Below, piece after piece: positions 53,714-64,000 of a stretch of 64,000 bases of DNA; within the stretch, counting starts at the first letter, position 1; each line of letters opens with the position of its first letter. The notes beneath the pieces are model-generated. The model did not search any database and was not told the DNA's origin. It saw only the letters and a program-made list of their open reading frames with translations. The position numbers and the translations under genes are program-made. The DNA comes from Epithemia pelagica (Eukaryota > Protista > Bacillariophyta), in assembly GCA_946965045.2 (NCBI GenBank), contig OX337231.1, positions 1,302,001 to 1,366,000 on the forward strand, read 5' to 3'.

Positions 53714-54157
53714 AGGCCGACCCTTAAGCCTCTACGAAACGAAAGTTGAGAGCTGACATTTCGTTTTGGCGGGATTTTGCTTCCTTACGCGTCTGCGAAA
53801 CGAAAACTAGAACCGCGCCTTGTCCCCCATTCATCCCCCATTCCCCCCCCATTTTCACTTCAATGAATTGAATACTAAAATAATTCTCACAGAATTGTGA
53901 CGTACACAGGACGCACCGACCGTTGGAGCTGAACGCCAGTCGATCAATACTCTTGAGCGTTATGAACAACTTCACATTCATACATTGTCTAAACGCTTTG
54001 CACATCTGGAACGCCTTCTACTTTCGTTGGCCTACGAAAGTTGGCGCCAACTTTCGTAGCCCCGAAAGCTGACACGCAAGAGTACCCGGATATAAGAGGT
54101 AAAATGATGACGTGTCAGCTTTCAACTTTCGTTTCGTAGAGGCTTAAGGGTCAGCCT
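53714..54157. mobile_element. Non-autonomous inverted-repeat element (MITE-like, family B)
   Basis: About 45-bp inverted repeats AGGCYGACCCTTAAGCCTCTACGAAACGAAAGTTGARAGCTGACA and an internal perfect 28-bp palindrome at 54032-54059. TSD and true ends are ambiguous. Confidence 0.65.
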
Positions 54158-54454
54158 GAAGCGATATCGCGAATCCCTCGGTATCAGTGTCCACTGCTTA
54201 CAATAGCTGTTTTTTGTCTGTGCCACCTTCACAGGTTCCCCAGTGGACACAGACAGCATTTTTCGCTTTTGATGCAAATAGAAATTATCAAATTGCAAAT
54301 TGGCACGCATGCCCAGCTGAATTTTTCGACGTTTGAAGCGGACGCAAGCCCAACAAGCGTCCCCTGCGTGGATGACGGTTGGTTGTTGCATAATTCGGGG
54401 CAGGCTCACAATTCTCTTTTCTTTTGCCAAAGCACATCGTGTACTTACTAGGTA

Positions 54455-55058
54455 AGGGCTGGGGATACCGATCCATGTACATCTAAGTAGGCTCAGTACA
54501 TTAACCTACGTAGTACTATTTTCATGACTGTAACAAGTGGGGCGGATGGTCTCAAATTGAAAACTTGCTGCCACGAGAAACAATGCAATCCGGAAACCAT
54601 CGCTCGACAATGGTGGAAGCCGTCACCCCCATGGCCATAACTTCCTCAATAATAGAGCTTGACTCGACCGCTTTGACAATAAGATTATCTACTACTAGAG
54701 TGACTATGCTTTCAATACGGTCGAGTCAGCATTGAAAAATGAGTGAGATAGGGCGGTCGTTCGATTTCATCACTGCAGAAAAATGAGCGTAACTTTTCAG
54801 CCAACTTGGCAAATCTTCTGTAATTTGAGACAACAATTTCAAAGGTAAAGGCAAAGGACTTACGGTGGTTGGATGTTTATGCGATGCATGGGTGAATGCA
54901 TGCGGCATCACCGGATCTCGCCGTCATCGTGGAGTGTTTTTGCATTTTTTTGGACTTCCGACCATTTCTGGGGTGACGTGTACTATCGGATTTTATGTAC
55001 TCTACGTAGAAATGTACTGAGCCTACTTAGATGTACATGGATCGGTATCCCCAGCCCT
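54455..55058. mobile_element. MITE family A, copy 2 (604 bp, inverted relative to copy 1)
   Basis: TIRs AGGGCTGGGGATACCGATCCATGTACATCTAAGTAGGCTCAGTAC, TA flanks; the interior aligns in reverse complement with 40489-41010. Confidence 0.88.
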
Positions 55059-56547
55059 TACTTACGAATGTTACTGGCTTTCCAGGTGAGCTTGATCCAT
55101 TGCCAATTGCCATGTTGTCAATTACATCAGTCATGCTCACTGCCACTTGCCACTTTTGTTTGCTCTGCTCGTGTGAGACGCTACTCATCTGTTTAGTCGC
55201 TGGGCAGCTCATTACTTGCCATTGTTCATTCTTGTCGAACAGAAATGACTGGTTTTTGCTGAGCCCCATAACTTTGATTGCATTAAAATACATACTCTAT
55301 ACTCTAGACCTTCTTTTGTTTATTTACTAGTAGTATAACGCCAGTGCTTGTCATCCATGAGACTTTTGAGCCTTCTGAATTCGTTGGAGCTCTGTTCTTT
55401 GTTTTGAGCACGACGATGGCCCTCAGTTTTGCTATGAAAACACAACAGAACAGCTCTCACAAGCTTGTACCGCTCACTTTGAGCACTTTGTGTCGCCTAC
55501 CTAGGAAGGATATGATAATTGGTCAGTAGGGTGTGGCAAGATGGCTTCCAATCTATTTGATGCAAAAACAACATCGTTGAGAAATGATTGAGAATGACGC
55601 TATGATGAGAGACAAGAGAGAATAATCTATCCTATAGAGCATATGACAGTAGCCAAAAAACAATCAAACAACAAACGATTACGACAAGGAAAAGATATTC
55701 CAGTTGACATCTAGCGGCTTGTCATCTACTCTTACAAAATGAGACAAAAGTAAAGGATCATGCAAGAACAATAGGAAAGACAGCTGCAGCAGTGATGCGT
55801 GAGAAAAAGGGAAAAGAGACCACAAGATAAGTAATAAGCAGCAATAGAGAGAAACGGTTCAGTCCAGCATGATCCATCCATTGTTCTCACCTCACCCCCG
55901 TCATGGTCAAGCATTTGGCTCGGTTTTGGGTTTTTGTGACAGGTGTCGAGATGATGATGGATGCCCAAATTTGAATCGTGGTGACCCGGCGAGGACAACC
56001 ACCAACCGTCAACTGTCACTTGCACGCTCAATGTACATCAAAGTTTAAGCGGGATCAAGAAGCGGGATTGGACCACGTCACGGAGCCTGCGCATTGATTG
56101 TGAGCGAAGAGAGAGAGCCGGGCGAGATTCAGAGAACATCGCCGGTACACCGAACAGAAAATAAATGAGGCAGAACAGGCGTGCAATTCGGAAGTCGAAT
56201 TTGAGAAAGTATGTGTATCACATCTACTGCGACAAAACACTTCCAGTTCAATCTCTGAAGTGCTATCATACAAGAACCAAGGACTCGGCCTTTCAAGAGA
56301 CCTGGCTTATATGGAAGCAGACAACAATGCGCCAAAATGAGGTCCCTAGTGGAGCGCAAGCATCGACCAGATCCACTGAGCCAAAGACGCAACAAACAAG
56401 ACAAGAGGGAGAAGGAGCTCTCACTCTTTGGATTTCCTAAGGTTTGACGGCGAAGGCTTGATCACCTTTGGCGTTGTTCTGAGTTCTCTGAAGAGCTGAT
56501 TCTCCAACTTCGGTTTCGCTGCGCTCACCCTCTCTTCCCTCTCGGTC

Positions 56548-58944
56548 ATGTCTGTTCCTCCGCCTCCTCCTGCTGACAATGAGGATGCTGTCCTCGCTTC
56601 GCTCGTCGCTCAGGCGTCGATTGCCACTCCCTCGGCTATTGGGGCCGCCCGTTCTTCTACGTCGGCTCTAAGGGGGGACCGCGGTCAGATCTCTTTTGCG
56701 GAACCCGCGGAAGACATGATGCAAGCATCGGACTCCACTACTTTCCCATCGTCCACGTCGTCGACCCTCGGTCGTCACCACACGTCGTCAAGTAAGTTTG
56801 GAGTGGTTGTTCTACGTACAAGTGAATGCGCCGAAAAGTTGTTGTGTTTGGGCCTCAAACGAGGCGGTAGCACCTTTTGCATTGACCCCAAGTGCGCGAA
56901 AGCCGGGGACCATGGAACTGGACTGCCCGCCTACGATTTGGGGCCCAATGGAGGACTGTTTATTGCCAAGAACTCAGCCTCCGCTTTCTGTACCCCCGTG
57001 GTACCTCTAGAAGACATTTCTCAGACCACCCTTGAAGAAATTCAGGGCGAGAAACATTCTATGGAAGACTGGACGAAGAAATTCGTCGCTCTCAAACGCT
57101 TAAAACAAGTCACAAACGAAGGAAACCTAGAAGCAAGCCTCAAGGAAACGGAAAACAAGATCTCAAGCATGAAGGATTTACGCACTCCGTTTACTTTACA
57201 GAGATCCAAGTCGAAGACCACTTCTTTTCTAGTTCAGAACTTTTCCCCACACCACAAGATCTTATCTGGCGAACTAAAGGAAGTTGTCCGCCAGATTTCG
57301 TCTGATTCGACCCTCATCCCCACCACCATCCGTGAGATCGAGGACTCAGTCACAGAAGCAGGTGACATCATTCGAGCTCTTTTCTTGGAACAAGAGGAGA
57401 TGGCGAGGGAAACAGGAGATGCGGTAGAAGGTCTCGGAGTCAAATTCGACCAACTCTCTATGGAAATTGGACCCCGCGAAGAATTGCCAGAAGAATACCA
57501 AGCTCCCACCCTCTGGGGGATCATTTCTTCTATGATCAGGAGCATCCAGGAAACATCACCGTCGACAGCTGAAGCAAGCCAACAAGCAATGGACAGTCGA
57601 CTTGCTGGGGTGGAATCGTCGATTGGAACCTTCTTCTCACGTGTTCAAGCTGAGATGTCATCCAAGCTCTCAGCCGCTCAAATCGAATCTCGAAATGGTG
57701 TGGACAAGCTCCGTTCTCAGTTTGTCAAAGGTTTTGAGGGTCTGATCGGTAGGATGTCGGCCCTTGAATCTAATTCCTCCACAGCAGAAAAGCTTTTGGA
57801 ACTGGAAAGTAAATTGCAAGCTCACGACATGGCATTGAATCGGGTTGCAACTCGAACCGCGTTTGCCACTGGATCTTCTAGCATCCCAGCGCCTGACTTT
57901 TCGAAAGATCCAAAATTCATGGCGATGGAAGCTGAGATTGCACATCTTCAAACCATCGTCAAGGATGCAAACACTGCGATGCAACGTCTCCAAAGCAAAG
58001 TGGATACATCTGCTATCAAGTTCGGGAGTCTTGGCGTGGCGTCGGTCGACGACTGCAAAGCCTGGGTGGCCCTCAAGTTTGGATCCCAAGCCTATGGACT
58101 TTTGTTTGATCTCAATCTTGTCTTGGAATGGTGTGCTCCTCAAGAAAACGGTGACGTTCTCTCCATGCTCACGACCATGGAGAAACGTCACAAGATGCAG
58201 ATTGCAACCACGAATGAAGCTAGAGCCATCTACTCCATGAAGAACGAATTCCCCCAGTTGTTATACAAAGACTTCCCTGGTACGGGTCGTGACCCCTCCT
58301 TTCTTACAGCAATGAAGGAGTTTGCGGACTGGGAGGCTCCGGAAACAGGAGTGCGCGATAGAATCCTCAATCGTTTGGGCAACATGAACTCGATGTTTGG
58401 GGAGCAGATTGCAACTACCATGTCTGCTGAACCTGAGGCGCGGGCTTTAGCCCTGTCGATGCTATCTGTTTCGGTCGGTTGTTGTCGCGAACTTGTGACT
58501 TACTTTGACGAGACCATGAATGAACTCACTATCAAGTCGAAGTTTACTACCCGTAAGGCTTTTAGCCTTGTCACGCAAGTTGTCCGCCGCTTCTTCATGG
58601 ATTTGTACAAGGTGCGGGCTCAGGTTTACTCCTCCTTGTCCACCACCGACAGTGCGGGGCAGTGTGCATGGATCCTCTATGGGGTTCTACGCACGCATGA
58701 CGTCATGACCGAATACGTCAAAGCCCGTTTCAAAAATCACCCGTCGGTTTCTAGCGAATACATTCGCTTTTTATCTACTAATTCGGGATTCGAATCTTTG
58801 AAGACACTAGAGGATCAAGTTGAAAGTTTGAAGAAAACGTCCTGTCAGTTAGTGAAAGATGTAACAGCCGCCAAGAAGGCATCTGACACTGCTAGCAGCT
58901 CTATCGACACCGTAAAGAAGGATGTGTCTGAACTCAAGAAGTAA
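56548..58944 (+). CDS. gag-like ORF1 of the YR retrotransposon (798 aa)
   Basis: Position upstream of RT; Cys/His cluster CLG...FC...C...H; coiled coils. Confidence 0.7.
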   Translation: MSVPPPPPADNEDAVLASLVAQASIATPSAIGAARSSTSALRGDRGQISFAEPAEDMMQASDSTTFPSSTSSTLGRHHTSSSKFGVVVLRTSECAEKLLCLGLKRGGSTFCIDPKCAKAGDHGTGLPAYDLGPNGGLFIAKNSASAFCTPVVPLEDISQTTLEEIQGEKHSMEDWTKKFVALKRLKQVTNEGNLEASLKETENKISSMKDLRTPFTLQRSKSKTTSFLVQNFSPHHKILSGELKEVVRQISSDSTLIPTTIREIEDSVTEAGDIIRALFLEQEEMARETGDAVEGLGVKFDQLSMEIGPREELPEEYQAPTLWGIISSMIRSIQETSPSTAEASQQAMDSRLAGVESSIGTFFSRVQAEMSSKLSAAQIESRNGVDKLRSQFVKGFEGLIGRMSALESNSSTAEKLLELESKLQAHDMALNRVATRTAFATGSSSIPAPDFSKDPKFMAMEAEIAHLQTIVKDANTAMQRLQSKVDTSAIKFGSLGVASVDDCKAWVALKFGSQAYGLLFDLNLVLEWCAPQENGDVLSMLTTMEKRHKMQIATTNEARAIYSMKNEFPQLLYKDFPGTGRDPSFLTAMKEFADWEAPETGVRDRILNRLGNMNSMFGEQIATTMSAEPEARALALSMLSVSVGCCRELVTYFDETMNELTIKSKFTTRKAFSLVTQVVRRFFMDLYKVRAQVYSSLSTTDSAGQCAWILYGVLRTHDVMTEYVKARFKNHPSVSSEYIRFLSTNSGFESLKTLEDQVESLKKTSCQLVKDVTAAKKASDTASSSIDTVKKDVSELKK

Positions 58945-59049
58945 GCCCAGCGCCGCAATGGACAAAGTGGTGACAAAAAGTGACGGTGTGCCGCGTCTAA
59001 ACTAGATGATGATGTTTCATGTGACCCATCTGGTTTAGACGCAGGTAGT

Positions 59050-60522
59050 ATGGCTTCCTCCCTTAGCAGTGGTGCTCTTGCCGACCCCACGTTGATTGGT
59101 ATCAAACGTTCAGCTCCTCCCGCATCCGTTACCATACGAACCAAGCGTCCTTGTGCTCGACCGGTTGATCGCGGCTCGAAAATCTTTCGCAGTGATCTTT
59201 CGTGCTTGATCCTTGGACAATCAGGGCTCTCATGGGGTCTTGCCTTGAGTGTGGGAGACTGGCATGGTATCTACATGCTGGCCGCGGAATATGAGGCCCG
59301 ACGGGCCGACCCATTTTGGAGCGCCGTCTTAGCTCACTGTCATGACAAACTACATTTGGTTCCCAGCATCGACATGGTACTCGGCCGTGGCATCATCTCG
59401 ATTGTTTTGATGGAAGGCGACCCGGATTTCTTAGCTTCATCCTTGGCCCTTATCCCTCCTAGTTGGCCTGTCCTGCTTCTCCTTCCATCGGGCTGGTCCC
59501 GTCCCAATTTGTCGAAAGTTCAATGGTTGGCCGTCACACACAAGCAGTGTGGTGGCGTCACTACCGCCCGGGTTCACGTTGGGCGACGTGGTTTGTCACC
59601 CTTGTTTTTCAAGTTGTCTTCTCGCCGTACCATTGGGTCCATACTGACCCATTCGATTCGTCCCGAACCGTGCTCTCCGCCTTCCGTGTCTTTGGCCTTT
59701 TACGGCAGTGATGATCTGTTGCATACTCGTCAGTTGGAGAAGCCGGTGAAGTTTCAAACTCGCTTCTATAAGAATGGATGGGGCACGAGAAAGCTTACTC
59801 CCTTGGAATTGGGTGCTGCTTTCGACCTCCCCTTGTGGATATTGCAGAATGATGAGTCGTTTGATTGGTGGGTGCAAAATGTACTTTCCCCTCGTTTTAC
59901 GCCCATCAAGATCCCGGGACAAGTTTTGAACACTGCTCTCCCCTTCCTCGAGCCGGTCCTGATCCATCATCTCAGCACCGCTGGTACCAAACACGGTGGC
60001 CCACCGTCGCCTCTGCGTCCAGCCAAGCGCGGTCGGTGGCTATCGGCTTTGTCGGAATGTACGCAAGATGGGGTGTTGGGCACGCCCATAGCTTCTGTGT
60101 CCGCCTTTTTGCCTCACGCTGCTTGGTTAGATGATTCCAAAATATCGGATATTGCCGTCAAATCTGATGACGCGGTCGCACCTTTTTGGATATGGAACGG
60201 TCGGATTCGTGGATTGTTTCCTTGGATTTCTCATCGGGCTCTGGCTGGGCTTCGTTTACTTGGGCTCCGTTGGTGGCGTCGTCGATTGTATCGAAGTTTT
60301 ATCGCCTATTTACGTCTTCGGTTTGGAAAGGCATGGCCATCTTTGGTGTCCGATTCGACACTCCAGGGGGGGGACTCTGACTTTTCGTTGCACTCTGCTC
60401 CTCTTGTGCGTGCCGCTGGATGTCAAGTGCTTTCGCAATTGTTGGCAAGCACGTGGTGGGATTGGGATGCAGGATCTTCTCTCAATTTTTTGGCGGTGGA
60501 ATGGCCTCGACCAACAAAATGA
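59050..60522 (+). CDS. ORF2: degenerate cytosine-5 methyltransferase-like region joined to the pre-RT region
   Basis: RKLTPLELGAAFDLP resembles C5-MTase motif IX, THKQCGGVTTAR resembles motif VIII and CLILGQSGLSWGLAL is motif I-like. No PC or ENV catalytic motif. Ends with WWDWDAGSSL, which normally runs into FWRW of the RT frame. Confidence 0.45.
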   Translation: MASSLSSGALADPTLIGIKRSAPPASVTIRTKRPCARPVDRGSKIFRSDLSCLILGQSGLSWGLALSVGDWHGIYMLAAEYEARRADPFWSAVLAHCHDKLHLVPSIDMVLGRGIISIVLMEGDPDFLASSLALIPPSWPVLLLLPSGWSRPNLSKVQWLAVTHKQCGGVTTARVHVGRRGLSPLFFKLSSRRTIGSILTHSIRPEPCSPPSVSLAFYGSDDLLHTRQLEKPVKFQTRFYKNGWGTRKLTPLELGAAFDLPLWILQNDESFDWWVQNVLSPRFTPIKIPGQVLNTALPFLEPVLIHHLSTAGTKHGGPPSPLRPAKRGRWLSALSECTQDGVLGTPIASVSAFLPHAAWLDDSKISDIAVKSDDAVAPFWIWNGRIRGLFPWISHRALAGLRLLGLRWWRRRLYRSFIAYLRLRFGKAWPSLVSDSTLQGGDSDFSLHSAPLVRAAGCQVLSQLLASTWWDWDAGSSLNFLAVEWPRPTK

Positions 60523-62869
60523 GGCCTGGTTTGGGACACCCATTCATGTCACCGGTGCTCTTACGTCCTATCATCGCAAGCAACGTCCTCCTTCCGACGA
60601 CATGCTCGCTCAAGTCGGCGATAAACTTTCGACAGTTTTGAACCGCGGGTATTTTGATCTCAACGCGCCTATTGCAAGCATGTCGGACTACTTTGCTGTA
60701 CCAAAAGGTGACAGTGATATTCGTATGGTCTACAACGGCACAAGTTGTGGACTCAATGCATCGTTGTGGGCCCCAAACTTTTGGTTACCATCTTCCGAAT
60801 CTGCGCTACGTCTCCTAACGTGCGATTCCTACTGTGGTGACATGGACTTAGGCGAGATGTTTCTCAACTTCCCGATGGACATTCACCTTTGTCCATTTGC
60901 TGGTGTTGATCTAACTCCGTTACGTGACCATCTTGCTACACCACTTTCTGAATCCAAACCCAAGCTCGCACGCTGGAACCGCCTTTTCATGGGCATGTTG
61001 CCCAGTCCTTTCCACGCGGCGCGGCATTACTACATTGCGGAAGAAATGGCCAAGGGATCCCCACAAGACCCGACGAGCCCGTGTGGGTTTGATGCTGTGC
61101 GGTTCAACATTCCAGGGTCCGCCGACTACACACCAACACTTCCCTGGGTGATGAAATGGAACTCAAAGCTAGACAACATTGCGGGTGATGTGGTAACCTA
61201 TATGGACGACCTTCGAGCTGTGGGGTCGTCTGCTGAGCACGTATGGCAAGTGGCAAGACGGTTGGGCTCTCGATTACAGTACTTGGGCATTCAAGATGCT
61301 CCTCGAAAGCGCCGCCCACCGTCGAAAACAGCAGGAGCTTGGGCGGGTAGCGTCCATCACATTTCGGAGTCAGCAGTGTCAAAAACGCTGACGCAAAAGA
61401 AATGGGATGAGGGGAAAGCCCTGTTGAAGAAATACGTGGAAGCGTTTGTCGAAAGCGACGCTCCAATCTTCGACCACAAACAAATGCAGAGAGATGTCGG
61501 TTTCTTCGTCCACCAAGCCCTGACCTTTAGTTCCATGATGCCATTTTTGAAAGGCTTTTACTTGACGATGAATGTCTGGCGGCCGGGCCGGAACGGGGAT
61601 GGCTGGAAGCTCTCGACAAGAGAATGGATATCTCAGTTGCAGGAAAAACTTTCGGATGCCGAGGTTAATACCTTGTGTGGTGTCCTAGAAGAGGACGAGG
61701 AAAGCGAACCGTCCATGCAAGATACAAAGGAGACGAAAGTGCGTTCGGAAAATCCACCGAAGTCAGTGAAAGCTGTTCCGCGTCTCAAGTCGGATGTCAA
61801 AGCGCTGGCAGCAATGCTCGCGGAAGAAGAGCCTCCAAAGGTCCAAGTGAGATCTTCGTCCGTTTACGTGGCCTTGTTTGGTTGTGGAGACGCGTCGGGA
61901 TGCGGATTCGGCGCGGCCTTCCAGTTGCCTCAGAAGAAATTGTCCTACAGAGTGGGCGTCTGGGGAAGAGACATCGTTGTTGAAGAATCCTCCAACTGGA
62001 AAGAGTTTACCAACTGTGTTGAGTCGCTCGAGGAAGAAGCAACAACAGGCCAACTTGATTCCACGGAAGTATTCTTCTTCACCGATAATTCCACGGTGGA
62101 AAGGTGTTTCTATAAGGGGTCGTCGTCCAGCCCAAAACTTCTAGACCTCGTAATCCGTTTGAGGCGACTAGAAATGAAGCACCATGCCTTGAGACTCCAC
62201 ATTTCTCACGTCTCGGGTAAACGGATGATCGCTGTTGGAGTTGACGGAATTTCAAGAGGTCAATTGAATGAAGGGGTGATGGCAGGGTCGCCTATGCTGT
62301 CCTACATCCCCCTTCACAAAACTCCTATCCAAATGTCAGATACTCTCTTTGAATGGGTCCGATCTTGGTTGGGTGCCAAGACGGAGCTCCTAACCCCCAT
62401 GGATTGGTTCACCACTGGCCATGACGTCAGGGGATGGACGCTCCCGTCGGATCATAACGATCTGTCCCTGCCAATCCTTCGGCCAGGACATTTTGTATGG
62501 GCTCCTCCCCCGGGAGGAGCAGACGTGGCTTTAGAAGAACTTCGAAAAGCCCGTCATAAGCGTCAGTCTTCCATGCACGTCTTCTTGTGCCAACGCTTAC
62601 TTACACCTAAGTGGTTTAAACAATTGCACAAGGCTTACGACCTTGTGCTGGAAATTCCAGCGGGAACTTCGTTTTGGCCTGAAGGAAACTTCGAACCTCT
62701 AATCGTTGGTCTTGTTTTTCCTTTTATCAGGTCACAGCCATGGCAACTCCGAGGAACACCGAAGATGTTCTCAATGGATCGGAAATTGCGCAAAATGTGG
62801 AAAGAAGATCCCGTGGGTGGACGGGATCTTCTGCGCAAATTTTGCGTACAGTGTTGGAAAATGCTCTGA
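60490..62869 (+). CDS. Reverse transcriptase / RNase H of the YR retrotransposon
   Basis: FWRW, FAVPKGDSDIRMVYNG, DMDLGEMFLNFP, MGMLPSPF, TYMDDLR; RNase H GDASG, SSNWKE, TDNS and DGISRG. It lies in the +1 frame relative to ORF2. Confidence 0.9.
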
Positions 62870-64000
62870 ATGTCGGAGCGCATGGTGTCCAGGGTGTTAT
62901 TCTTTGAGCGACGATGACCGGTTCTACGTCGCGTCGCGGAACACCATGGTAGAAGAATCGGATCAAGACCGTCTGGTTGCTGAGACTTGGAGGAGTCGCA
63001 CCAGAGACCGTCGGGAGGATTTCAATCAAGCACGAGCCGGCGATCACATGGTCACGCCGTTCGAATGCGATTTGTGCGTGTTCCGGAAACTGCGACAAGA
63101 GGAGCCTGACTCGCAAAACCTCAAAGACCAGTACCTTCTCACTTGCATAAGACGAATGAACTTGGACGCCTTTTGGAGCAGGGCTACGAGCACGGTCATG
63201 CAGAACACGAGGAATGCAAAAATGATGATAGAAAAATCCAAGAAAGTTGAGATTCCATTCGGACCCTTCAGAAGCCCTGGTCCTTTCCCAAATTACGACC
63301 ATTGTGGCTATCATGTGGCTTTCCTAATGCTGGATGCGTCGTTGGATCAAGGAAAGTATCATCGAGACAGAAAGCAGTTTGATACGATACGATAATTTCG
63401 CTCTACCTATTCAAATCATGTGAGAGCAACGGCTTCTACGTTGGTAAATGGCCATCCGTTGGTGCTTACAGACAACAATGGAAAGGCCTTTTCCCGAATG
63501 GGTCAGGATGAGAGCGGTTCGTTATGGTTTTCCAGATTTGTGGAAGGATGTCGACGTCGAATGGGCCAAGATTGGCGACCTGATCAGGCTGTGACCAGTG
63601 AACTAATGCAAGCCTTGTTGGGCTCAATCGAAGAGGAGATTGTGGAGAACCGAGAAGAACACGACGCGTTCTTCCTTGTTCTTGCTGGCACCTTCTTTGC
63701 CACGTCATACGTTTTGTCGTTACGAGGCCCAGAGGGTTTGCTGCTGGACTTGAATGCGCTTGTAAAATACATGGATCTTTACAGGCAACGAAACTGTATT
63801 GTGGTTGGGTTGTGGGGACAGTTCAAAGGAGAGCATATCGAACGCTCACACCTTTTGCCATGTTGCGACGAGACCAGCAGTGGAATAAACATAAGACGAT
63901 GGATAAATCGGGCAGTTTGCCTGTCCCAGGAGATAGGACGATGGTCGGGACCATTGATGCTCAATCGCAATGGGACCCCCATCACGTCAAGAGCTTTGGA
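62706..64000 (+). pseudogene. Tyrosine recombinase of the YR retrotransposon with a premature stop
   Basis: Cys-rich start, then ARAGDH..PFECDLCVFR, IRRMNLDAFWSR and QFDTIR-TAA(63393-63395)-FRSTYSN. The frame continues through SLRGPEG and FKGE to the window edge. Confidence 0.82.

Larger units (their letters stand above)
56548..64000 (+). mobile_element. Tyrosine-recombinase retrotransposon (DIRS order), decaying; runs off the right edge and left boundary not identified
   Basis: gag-like ORF, ORF2, RT/RNase H and an overlapping YR ORF in DIRS/Ngaro-type order. Confidence 0.88.

Noticed and set aside
60131-60489. First ~120 aa of the 912-aa RT ORF
   Set aside because: Alternative-frame read-through of ORF2; RT homology begins only at FWRW (~60490).

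Overview
Eukaryotic nuclear DNA, most likely a pennate diatom. This is inferred from short GT-AG introns, Q/N-rich proteins and a CoDi-type Ty1/copia element. The left half (1-32.8 kb) is gene-dense: two GH16 beta-1,3-glucanase paralogues (one missed by the ORF track), an unknown membrane protein, a START-like protein, two spliced amino-acid transporter paralogues, a Cys-rich ER (HDEL) protein, a frameshifted DUF1772 gene, URI1/Bud27-like prefoldin, a 2062-aa disordered protein, an RWDD2-like polyQ protein, ADPRM and an Old Yellow Enzyme. The right half (32.9-64 kb) is a transposon island: a young copia LTR element, two copies of a TA-flanked MITE, a doubly disrupted alpha/beta-hydrolase, a 7.1-kb hAT, a mariner-like element, a second inverted-repeat element and a decaying tyrosine-recombinase (DIRS-order) retrotransposon. 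Four signals stand out. (1) The intact hAT carries an NTH1/endonuclease III-like DNA glycosylase cargo gene with both catalytic residues. (2) The HDEL protein has an in-frame TGA right after its signal peptide and a SECIS-like hairpin in its 3' UTR, making it a candidate selenoprotein of an unfamiliar family. (3) The copia gag and pol are in frame, separated by a single TGA that is followed by a stem-loop, and the element has a half-tRNA-type primer site. (4) The YR retrotransposon has an ORF resembling a degenerate cytosine methyltransferase. All family calls come from manual motif recognition; no database searches were run.
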